The notes under the pieces: model-generated
The model's database searches: none
The model's input: the letters and a program-made list of their open reading frames with translations, nothing else
What the model was told of the DNA's origin: nothing
Assembly (NCBI GenBank): GCA_003158395.1
Contig: PMIX01000238.1
Location: 1 to 51,531 of the forward strand
DNA length: 51,531 nucleotides
DNA from: Myxococcales bacterium
GTDB lineage: Bacteria > Myxococcota_A > Polyangia > Fen-1088
Reading direction: 5' to 3'
Position numbers and translations under genes: made by a program
Part shown: piece by piece, positions 29,773-37,222 of the stretch
How the letters are laid out: each line of letters opens with the position of its first letter
Numbering within the stretch: the first letter of the stretch is position 1

Positions 29773-31179
29773 CTAGCCTGCCTTTCGCAGAGGCTTCTTG
29801 CCTTGGTGGGCGCGCAGGACGAGCCGCAAGGGCGAGCCCTCGAACCCGTAGATGTCCCTCAGCCGGTTCGCGAGGTATCGGCGATAGGGGAGACCCACGG
29901 CCGCGGGGTAGTTGGCGCTGACGAAAAACGACGGCGGACGAGTCTGCGCCTGGGTGATGTAGTAGAGCCGAACGTAGCGTCCGCCCGGCCCAGCTGGTGG
30001 AGGACGGCGGGCCAAGATTTCTTCGAAGTTTTTGTTCAGCCCTGATGTCGGAACTCTGCGAGACCATTGCGCAAACACGTCCATCGTTATCTGCGGAATC
30101 TCGCCCACGCCGCGCCCGGTGACCGCAGAGGTCACCACCACGGGCGCCCACGCCATGAAGCCGATCACCTCGCGGACAACGTCCACTTTTCGGTCAATCT
30201 CGGCCCGGCGGATGAGGTCACCTTTGTTGACCACGATGAGCGCAGCCCGGCCCGACTCCTCGATGAAGTTGGCCAGCCTTGCATCCTCTGCCGTGGCCCC
30301 GTCCTGGGCGTCGATGACCAGGGCCACGACGTCTGCGCACGCCAATTGGTCGCGCGCCATCTTCGCGGATACGGCCTCGGTCAGGGTGTCGATAGCGCGG
30401 CGGCGTCGCAGGCCTGCTGTGTCCACGAGCACGAAATTCTGCCCCTGCCAGCTGAAGGGTGTGTCGATGGGGTCACGTGTGGTGCCTGGCTGGTCGTGTA
30501 CCAGCACCCTCTCCTCCCCCAGCAGACGATTGACCAGGGAGGACTTGCCGACGTTGGGCTTGCCAACAAAGGCCAGGCGGATGGGCGCGCTTCCGCCCTC
30601 CGCTTCCGCGGGGCTCTGGTCGCGTTCCTCAATGGGCCGCGCCGGCGAGGCCGCCCCACGTAGGGCGCCAACGGTGGCGTCAAGCAAGTCCCCCACGCCA
30701 CGTCCATGGGTGGCCGACACGGCGAATACCTGGCCAAACCCCAGGCGGAATACATCGCCCATGCTTGGCTCGCGTGTCGCCGAGTCCACCTTGTTGGCCG
30801 CGAGCAGGACCGGCTTGCCCGTACGCCGCAAGAGCTGAGCCACCTCTTCATCGACCGGCGTGATGCCTTCCTTCACGTCCAGCACGAGAACCAAGACTGC
30901 CGCCTCTTCCACGGCGCGCAGGGTCTGCGAGCGCATGGCGCCCAAGATCCCGCTGGCGCCAGGATCGAGCCCACCGGTGTCAGTCAGCCGAAACCGCACG
31001 CCGTCCCAGTCGCAGACACCATAGCGCCGATCGCGCGTCACGCCTGGCATGTCCTCGACCAACGCGGGCTGGCCGCCCACCAGGCGGTTGAACAGAGACG
31101 ACTTGCCTACGTTGGGCCGCCCCACCAAAGACACGACTGGCAAGGATGGGTCAGCTGGAGGCCGACCTCGTCTGGTCAC
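29773..31179 (-). CDS. der: Ribosome-associated GTPase Der (EngA), double GTPase domain
   Basis: Two G1 motifs (GRPNVGKSSLFNRL and GKPNVGKSSLVNRL), two DTGG/DTAG motifs, NKVD/NKGD, and a C-terminal KH-like domain. Confidence 0.95.
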   Translation of the reverse strand: MTRRGRPPADPSLPVVSLVGRPNVGKSSLFNRLVGGQPALVEDMPGVTRDRRYGVCDWDGVRFRLTDTGGLDPGASGILGAMRSQTLRAVEEAAVLVLVLDVKEGITPVDEEVAQLLRRTGKPVLLAANKVDSATREPSMGDVFRLGFGQVFAVSATHGRGVGDLLDATVGALRGAASPARPIEERDQSPAEAEGGSAPIRLAFVGKPNVGKSSLVNRLLGEERVLVHDQPGTTRDPIDTPFSWQGQNFVLVDTAGLRRRRAIDTLTEAVSAKMARDQLACADVVALVIDAQDGATAEDARLANFIEESGRAALIVVNKGDLIRRAEIDRKVDVVREVIGFMAWAPVVVTSAVTGRGVGEIPQITMDVFAQWSRRVPTSGLNKNFEEILARRPPPAGPGGRYVRLYYITQAQTRPPSFFVSANYPAAVGLPYRRYLANRLRDIYGFEGSPLRLVLRAHQGKKPLRKAG

Positions 31180-32252
31180 GAATCCCCCTCTTTGTAGCCC
31201 AGGCGCGCGAGGTCGCTGCGCGAGTTGGTCCAGTCTTCCTGGACGCGCACGTTCAGGCGTAGGTGGACAGCACGGCCCAGGAACTTCGCGATCTCCTGGC
31301 GCCCGGCAGTGCCCACGTCGCGAATCATGGAGCCATGCCTGCCCACCACGATGGCCTTCTGGCTTTCGCGCTCCACCACGACTGATGCCTCGATGACCGT
31401 GTCTCCGGTCGGGCGGTCGTTCCAGCTCTCGACCAGGACTGCCGTGGCGTACGGCAGTTCCTGTCGCAGACGCAGGAACAGCTGCTCCCGAATGAGCTCA
31501 CCCGCCAGGAATCTTTCTGTCCGGTCTGTGAGCACGTCGGGGCCATAGAGCGGCGGCCCCTCGGGCAGGAGGCCCAGCAACTCGCGCACGAGGCCTTCTA
31601 CGCCCTTGCCGCGGGTCGCGCATGTGGGCACCACCGCAGCACAGGCGGACACCTTGGTCCACCAGTCAAGAACCGGAAGCAACAAGGCCTTGTCTTTGAC
31701 CTTGTCGACCTTGTTGAGGGCCAGCACCGTGGGCCGTTTTGTCTCAGCTAGACGTTCAAGAATACGCCGTTCGCCCTCGGGCAAAGCCGCGGCAGACGGC
31801 GACAGCGCGCTGACGACCGGGTGCGCCTCCACCACCAGCAAGGCCGCATCCACTTGCTCGATGGTCGCCATCGCCTCGCGCACCATGAAACGGTTCAACT
31901 CCGAACGCGCCTCGTGCACGCCGGGAGTGTCCACAAATACGATCTGACCCTTGACCGGTCCCTGCCCTGTACGCGGATCCGTCGCCGGCAGTTCAGCCTC
32001 GCCGTTCCACACGCCCACGATACGCGTGCGCGTGGTCTGCGGCTTGGGCGTGACAATGGCCAGCTTCTCGCCGACGATTCGGTTGAGCAGCGTGGACTTG
32101 CCCACGTTGGGCCTGCCCAGGATGGCCACCGTCCCCGCCACCTTCAGGGCGGCTTTGCTTGTGAAAGACGGCGCGTTGGGGTCAGGGATGTCGGACACGG
32201 GGCCGTTGTATAGCACTGGCCTAGAGCATCTGTGGCTCGCACATTGCGCCAT
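31176..32252 (-). CDS. era: GTPase Era
   Basis: ILGRPNVGKSTLLNRIVGEKLAIVTPKPQTTR, DTPG, NKVD, and a C-terminal KH domain (SVVVERESQKAIVVGRHGSMIRDVG). ATGA-type overlap with der. The N-terminal ~40 aa are unusually long, so the start is uncertain. Confidence 0.9.
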   Translation of the reverse strand: MAQCASHRCSRPVLYNGPVSDIPDPNAPSFTSKAALKVAGTVAILGRPNVGKSTLLNRIVGEKLAIVTPKPQTTRTRIVGVWNGEAELPATDPRTGQGPVKGQIVFVDTPGVHEARSELNRFMVREAMATIEQVDAALLVVEAHPVVSALSPSAAALPEGERRILERLAETKRPTVLALNKVDKVKDKALLLPVLDWWTKVSACAAVVPTCATRGKGVEGLVRELLGLLPEGPPLYGPDVLTDRTERFLAGELIREQLFLRLRQELPYATAVLVESWNDRPTGDTVIEASVVVERESQKAIVVGRHGSMIRDVGTAGRQEIAKFLGRAVHLRLNVRVQEDWTNSRSDLARLGYKEGDS

Positions 32253-32304
32253 CGCGCTGGAAGCGCTGGGAAGGGAACCGACGCATTCTCAACGCACTAC
32301 CACC

Positions 32305-32333
32305 TTGACACCCCCCTCCCCAAGCACTATCAC
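32305..32333 (+). promoter_or_regulatory. Sigma-70-type promoter candidate for the Rrf2-metX-metW unit
   Basis: TTGACA (32305-32310), 17-nt spacer, TATCAC (32328-32333), about 45 nt upstream of the GTG start at 32379. Confidence 0.4.
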
Positions 32334-32378
32334 CCCGCTAGGATTGGCGCCCTTGGGGCTCCGAACAGGATCTAACCC

Positions 32379-32825
32379 GTGAACGTCAGCCAGAAAAGTC
32401 GGTATGCGCTAAAGGCCGTCCTCGAGCTCTCGTTTCGCTTCGGCCAGGGACCCATCTCCATCTCTCAGATCGCCAAAGCGCAGGCGATCCCGGCGCGCTT
32501 CCTCGAGGCCATCCTGGCCCAGCTCAAGCGCGGCGGCTTCGTAGCGTCACGCCGCGGGAACGAGGGCGGGTACATCCTTGCGCGGCCCCCGGCCGAGGTT
32601 TCGGTCGGCGATGTTCTGCGAGTCCTGCAAGGCCCGCCACTTTCTACGCTGTGCGCAAACCACCCGCAGGCTGAGTGCCCGCATGGTGGGGACTGCATCT
32701 TCGTCAAGTTGTGGGAGCGCGCTTGTGCGGCTGTGGAGGCCGTATACAACTCGACGAATTTCCAGGACATGACGGACCGCTATCGGGCCACCCTGCGCGC
32801 CAAGGCGCCCACGTATTCCATCTAG
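32379..32825 (+). CDS. Rrf2-family transcriptional regulator (three-Cys, probably Fe-S binding)
   Basis: N-terminal wHTH SRYALKAVLELSF...ISISQIAKAQAIPARFLEAILAQLKRGGFVASRRGNEGGYILARPP. Cys cluster CANHPQAECPHGGDC. GTG start. Confidence 0.85.
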   Translation: MNVSQKSRYALKAVLELSFRFGQGPISISQIAKAQAIPARFLEAILAQLKRGGFVASRRGNEGGYILARPPAEVSVGDVLRVLQGPPLSTLCANHPQAECPHGGDCIFVKLWERACAAVEAVYNSTNFQDMTDRYRATLRAKAPTYSI

Positions 32826-32873
32826 CCATCGAGGGCTCGCCCAGAAGCCGCTGTGACCTTGATACCGACACTC

Positions 32874-34070
32874 ATGGCTCCCGCAAAAAAGGATGAACCG
32901 CGTGCCACTCCGCCCGATGCCCCAGGCTCGGTCGGTTGGACTGAGGCGCAAACGATGTGCCTGGTGCCGGCGGACTCATCGCTGGTGCTTGAGCTGGGCG
33001 GCAGCATAGGCCCGGTCAACGTCGAATTTGAGACCTACGGCTCGCTCTCGCCCTGCAGGGACAATGCCGTCCTCATCGCCCATGCGCTGTCGGGCGACGC
33101 GCACGTTGCGGGCTGGGACCGCCATGCCGCCCAGACCGGCCGTACTTGGCGAGAAAGGAAGCCAGGCTGGTGGGATGCCATCGTGGGTCCGGGCAAGGCC
33201 ATCGACACCAACCGGCTGTTCGTCATCTGCCCCAATGTACTAGGCGGGTGCTCCGGAACCACAGGGCCGTCATCGACAGATCCCTTGACTGGAAGGCCTT
33301 ACGGCCTGCGCTTCCCCATGGTTACCGTGGGCGATTGGGTCAACTTGCACATGCGCCTCGTGGATGCGCTCGGCATCGAGCGCCTGCAAGCCGTGGTGGG
33401 CGGCTCGCTGGGCGGTCAGCAGGCGCTGGAGATGGCGCTCGCACACCCGGACCGGGTCGAACGCTCGGTCGTCCTGGCGGCCAGCGCGCGCCTGTCGGTG
33501 CAGGGTCTGGCCTTCAATGCCGTGGGCCGCTACTGCATCCTGCACGATCCCAGTTTCGCGAATGGTGACTACTACGACGACAAGGGGCCTGGGGCCGGTC
33601 TGGCAGCCGCGCGCATGCTGGCCCACATCACCTATCTTTCCGACGAGGGCATGCACGAAAAGTTCGGCAGGCGCCTGCAGGACGGCGCCAACGGCCGTCA
33701 GGCCGGCTTCGGGATCGAATTCGCTGTGGAGAGCTACCTTGACTATCAGGGTCGCGCCTTTGTCGAACGATTCGACGCCAACAGCTACCTCTACATCACG
33801 CGCGCCATGGACTATTACGACGCGGCAGCAGCGTGGGGCGGGGGCAGCCTGACTGAGGCCTGCCGCCGCATCTGCGCCAAGATGCTGGTCGTCTCGTTCG
33901 ACTCGGACTGGCTCTATCCCCCCGACGTTTGCAAAGAACTTGCCTTGGCTCTCACCCAGGCCAACCGGCCCGTCACCTACGCCAACGTTCCGTCGCACTA
34001 CGGCCACGATTCCTTCTTGGTCGAGACCGAGAAAGTCGGGCGCCTACTGCGCGGCTTTCTGGCTCGCTGA
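32874..34070 (+). CDS. metX: Homoserine O-acetyltransferase MetX
   Basis: Motifs NAVLIAHALSGDAHVAGW, nucleophile-elbow region VVGGSLGGQQALE, and the C-terminal HYGHDSFL catalytic His region. Alternative GTG start at 32853. Confidence 0.9.
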   Translation: MAPAKKDEPRATPPDAPGSVGWTEAQTMCLVPADSSLVLELGGSIGPVNVEFETYGSLSPCRDNAVLIAHALSGDAHVAGWDRHAAQTGRTWRERKPGWWDAIVGPGKAIDTNRLFVICPNVLGGCSGTTGPSSTDPLTGRPYGLRFPMVTVGDWVNLHMRLVDALGIERLQAVVGGSLGGQQALEMALAHPDRVERSVVLAASARLSVQGLAFNAVGRYCILHDPSFANGDYYDDKGPGAGLAAARMLAHITYLSDEGMHEKFGRRLQDGANGRQAGFGIEFAVESYLDYQGRAFVERFDANSYLYITRAMDYYDAAAAWGGGSLTEACRRICAKMLVVSFDSDWLYPPDVCKELALALTQANRPVTYANVPSHYGHDSFLVETEKVGRLLRGFLAR

Positions 34071-34082
34071 TTCGAGGGTCAC

Positions 34083-34820
34083 ATGACGCAACGGCCACCG
34101 CCCCGCATCGACCCGTACTTGGTCACCGACCGCAGCGTGGAGCGTCTGCCGCAGGGTCTTTTCGAACAAAGGGCAGGCGAGTTGTCCAAGCTGCTGGCCA
34201 CCCGCGCGCCGGCGCCCGATCGGCCCCCAAATTCGACCCGCTGGCAGGACGAGATCATCGCGCGTGAGATTCCCAAGGGCGCCAGGGTTCTAGACCTGGG
34301 CTGCGGCGACGGGGCTCTGCTCGAACGACTGATGCGCGATCTCGGCGTCCAAGCCCAAGGGCTGGAGATCGATCCCGAGGCCGTGTTTTCCTGCGTGGAA
34401 CGCGGTGTGCCGGTGATGCAGACCGATCTCGACGAGGGACTGCGGCGCTTCCCTGATCAGGCTTTTGATGTCGTGGTGCTGGAAGAGACGTTGCAGACCC
34501 TTGCCAACCCACGCGAGATGCTGGCCGAAATGTTGCGTGTGGGCCGGCGGGGCATAGTCTCGTTTCCCAACTTTGCCCACTGGCGCGTGCTGGTCGACCT
34601 GGTGGCGAGCGGACGCATGCCCGTCACGCAGTGGCTGCCGTACCAATGGTACGAGACGTCCAACATCCACCCCTTCACCTTGCAGGACTTGCTCGACTGG
34701 TCCCGCGACTCCGGCGTGCGGGTGGTCTCGGGCTATGCCTACGAAAACGGGGCCGTGCGCACCCTCAGCGCGGACGACAACTTGCACGCAGAGGAAGTCC
34801 TGATCGTCGTCGAGAAGTAA
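34083..34820 (+). CDS. metW: Methionine biosynthesis protein MetW
   Basis: SAM-MTase-like VLDLGCGDGALL, and C-terminal FPNFAHWRV...G.MPVT..LPYQWY.T.NIH, typical of MetW. Immediately follows metX. Confidence 0.85.
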   Translation: MTQRPPPRIDPYLVTDRSVERLPQGLFEQRAGELSKLLATRAPAPDRPPNSTRWQDEIIAREIPKGARVLDLGCGDGALLERLMRDLGVQAQGLEIDPEAVFSCVERGVPVMQTDLDEGLRRFPDQAFDVVVLEETLQTLANPREMLAEMLRVGRRGIVSFPNFAHWRVLVDLVASGRMPVTQWLPYQWYETSNIHPFTLQDLLDWSRDSGVRVVSGYAYENGAVRTLSADDNLHAEEVLIVVEK

Positions 34821-34896
34821 TCGCGTGGGGAGCCCGCCGGCTTCGACGGCGGCGTACCATCGCGGGAGGGTTTGGGAACCCTCCCAGGGTTCCCAT
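34821..34896 (+). repeat. Intergenic repeat element, copy C (76 nt)
   Basis: TCGCGTGGGGAGCCCGCCGGCT...ACCATCGCGGGAGGGTTTGGGAACCCTcccAGGGTTCCCAT. It starts 1 nt after the metW stop and ends 3 nt before the stop of the convergent cytochrome gene. Confidence 0.85.
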
Positions 34897-34898
34897 TA

Positions 34899-35957
34899 CT
34901 ATTGGTGGCAGTACCGGCACATCGCCGTACCGTACACCTCAGGCAGGCTGTGTTTTCGCAACCACTGGATCGGGTGTGGATTGCCGCCGATGCCACCCAC
35001 CCGGTGACACCCAACGCAGTTCGAATTCGCTCCCTGATCGTGGCACGAGGCACAGTTCACGATGTCGCGCCGGGCGGGCACTGCGTGCGACGTAGGGCCG
35101 GGGTAGGCCCAGCCAGGCGGGTGCGGGCTGCGCGGGTTGCTGCCCCCAGGCCCAACATTCTCCTGGCTGTGGCAAGCGGTGCAGAAGCCCGTGCCATGGC
35201 AGCGCTGGCACAAAACCGGGTCCGAGCGTGCCTCGATGCTATGGCGGGTCAGGTAGTCGCCGCGGTGGATGAAGTCGCTGGAAACATTCTCGCTGAACTT
35301 GAGTTCTATGCGCGTGGGTACGGTCCCGGCGTGGCAGTCGGCGCAGAAGTTCTGGTCGTGGCACTGCACGCACGCATCGGCGGTCGCGTGCGCGACGCTG
35401 CCGTGCTGCCGGACGAAGTCGCCAGCGTGTGAGAACTCGGCCACCGGTTTGAGCGGGAATCGTTTGAGATCGGTGTGGCACTTCACGCAGCGACCTTCGT
35501 CGAAGTCGACCCTATGCTCATGGCACTTGGTACAGGACTTCATGGTCGGCGGCGTCGCCCCGGGCTGGGAGTACTCCGAAAGCTTCACGTGGCAAGCCGC
35601 GCAGTCGTCGTTGACCAGCTTGAGGTGAACCTTGTGCGAGATGATGACGGTGTGGGGCTCCGGCGGATAGGTCCCCGGGTGGGCCGGATCAGTGTGGCAG
35701 TAGCCACACTCTTTCTGCTCTTTCTTGTCGGCGTGACACTCCAGGCACTTGGCCTCCGGCGGCCGCAAGCGATCCGTGACGGTCGCGGCCTCGGGCACTT
35801 CCTCGTGGCACATCAGACACGGCACGTCCTTCGTGTGAACCGCGTGCGATTGCCGGATCTCCTCGCCGGGCTGCTTGGCCCGCCTTGTCCCCAGCATGGT
35901 CGCGCAGGCGGCGATGCCCAGCGTTAGCACCGCAACCCATGCCCTGCGGCCGCTCAC
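34899..35957 (-). CDS. 13-heme c-type cytochrome lipoprotein (cytochrome c3/c7-like multidomain)
   Basis: GTG start with GTGA overlap to the upstream gene. Lipobox LTLGIAAC. There are 13 CXXCH motifs in 352 aa (CLMCH, CLECH, CGYCH, CAACH, CTKCH, CVKCH, CVQCH, CADCH, CQRCH, CTACH, CASCH, CVGCH, CRYCH). Confidence 0.85.
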   Translation of the reverse strand: MSGRRAWVAVLTLGIAACATMLGTRRAKQPGEEIRQSHAVHTKDVPCLMCHEEVPEAATVTDRLRPPEAKCLECHADKKEQKECGYCHTDPAHPGTYPPEPHTVIISHKVHLKLVNDDCAACHVKLSEYSQPGATPPTMKSCTKCHEHRVDFDEGRCVKCHTDLKRFPLKPVAEFSHAGDFVRQHGSVAHATADACVQCHDQNFCADCHAGTVPTRIELKFSENVSSDFIHRGDYLTRHSIEARSDPVLCQRCHGTGFCTACHSQENVGPGGSNPRSPHPPGWAYPGPTSHAVPARRDIVNCASCHDQGANSNCVGCHRVGGIGGNPHPIQWLRKHSLPEVYGTAMCRYCHQ

Positions 35958-37222
35958 GGCGTGACCTCTTTCACCACGCGGCCTCCTTCATAGACGATCT
36001 TGAGCAGGCCTTCGATCTGGTGTGTGGCATAGGGGGTCACATTGTCCATTCCGGTCAGTACCGCGCGCCAGGCCGGCGCCACGTCATACACCAGACTGCC
36101 CGATCCGAAGAAAGAACGATCCTGACCGTTCAGCCGCTGGTCCAGGTCGTACGCATCGAAATCGGCAACCACGCGAATTTTCGTCGTGATGGTTTGCCAG
36201 CCAAACACGCGGCCCATGAGATAGCCGCCGCCTGGGATCCTCAGCCGCCGGCTCTCCACGCCGAGTCGCGTTCGCCCGCCGCTGCCCAGATGCAGGGTGG
36301 CCTTTCCGCCCGTGTTCCAACCCCATCCACTGGCGTCGTGGACCTCGTGAAAATCGCCTTGCAGGTCCAACCTGCGCGGCCATGGCCGCAGAGCCAGAAA
36401 GCCGCCAAACTCGTCGCGCGTCTCCTGGGCGAAGACTGCGAAGATCGAATAGCGCGGCAAGAAGAGATCCGGGGCCGTGCGCCGGTAGTCCCCGGTCACG
36501 TCCACATAGCGACAAGGCCGCCAGTTGATTGCCCCATCAGCCTCGGCCAACCGCGCCTCGGGAAGGCTCCACCGTGCCAGCCCACTGAGCGCGAGCGAAT
36601 CCAGCAACCGGTAGCGGGCGTCGACCCCTGCATCCCGGCGGGACATATGTCGGCCCGCCCCGAGGATTTCCAAGATCGACACGCCCACCTCTGATTCGTA
36701 CGAACGACTCCAGAACGCTCTTGCCCCGGTCGTGAACTGGCCCCGGCTGTAGCCGAAGCGTGGGGTGACTGGAACGCCAACGAATCCTGACAAGCCGAAG
36801 CCCGCCCCCACACGCAACGTAGGGGCAAGGCCGTCGAACTGGACGTTGGCCGCGGTCCCCGGAAACACGAACTGGCGGCCCACGCGCAGGGTCGCTCGCC
36901 GGTGCCAGGTCGAGCCCTGCAAGTAGGCCACATCCACGTCGCCCAGCGCGCTCTTTCCGTCGCGCGGATCGCCTGCCACGACCTCACCCCAGCCCGAAAC
37001 CACGATCTGCGTGTCGTCGAACATTGGGTTCTTGATCTCCGAAGCGCGCAAGGAAACCAGCTCGAGGAAGGGCACCACGGTGCGGACGGTGCCGTCGCGC
37101 GGATCGCGCTGGCCCGAGATGATTGTGGTCGCGCTCGCCGTGACGGTCTCAGCCCGGGCCAATCCAGTCCCCGCCACCAGCGCGGCCAGACCAGCGAGAA
37201 GAGGCCGCCATCTAGTCGCCAT
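35954..37222 (-). CDS. Putative outer-membrane beta-barrel (porin-like) protein encoded between two multiheme cytochromes
   Basis: Sec signal MATRWRPLLAGLAALVAGTGLARA. There is no heme motif. Many short amphipathic strand-like segments rich in G/R/aromatics run throughout (LRVGRQFVF, GFGLSGFVGV, VGVSILEIL, VDARYRLL, GKATLHLG, IRVVADFDAY, GSGSLVYDV). The barrel assignment comes from pattern only. Confidence 0.6.
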   Translation of the reverse strand: MATRWRPLLAGLAALVAGTGLARAETVTASATTIISGQRDPRDGTVRTVVPFLELVSLRASEIKNPMFDDTQIVVSGWGEVVAGDPRDGKSALGDVDVAYLQGSTWHRRATLRVGRQFVFPGTAANVQFDGLAPTLRVGAGFGLSGFVGVPVTPRFGYSRGQFTTGARAFWSRSYESEVGVSILEILGAGRHMSRRDAGVDARYRLLDSLALSGLARWSLPEARLAEADGAINWRPCRYVDVTGDYRRTAPDLFLPRYSIFAVFAQETRDEFGGFLALRPWPRRLDLQGDFHEVHDASGWGWNTGGKATLHLGSGGRTRLGVESRRLRIPGGGYLMGRVFGWQTITTKIRVVADFDAYDLDQRLNGQDRSFFGSGSLVYDVAPAWRAVLTGMDNVTPYATHQIEGLLKIVYEGGRVVKEVTP

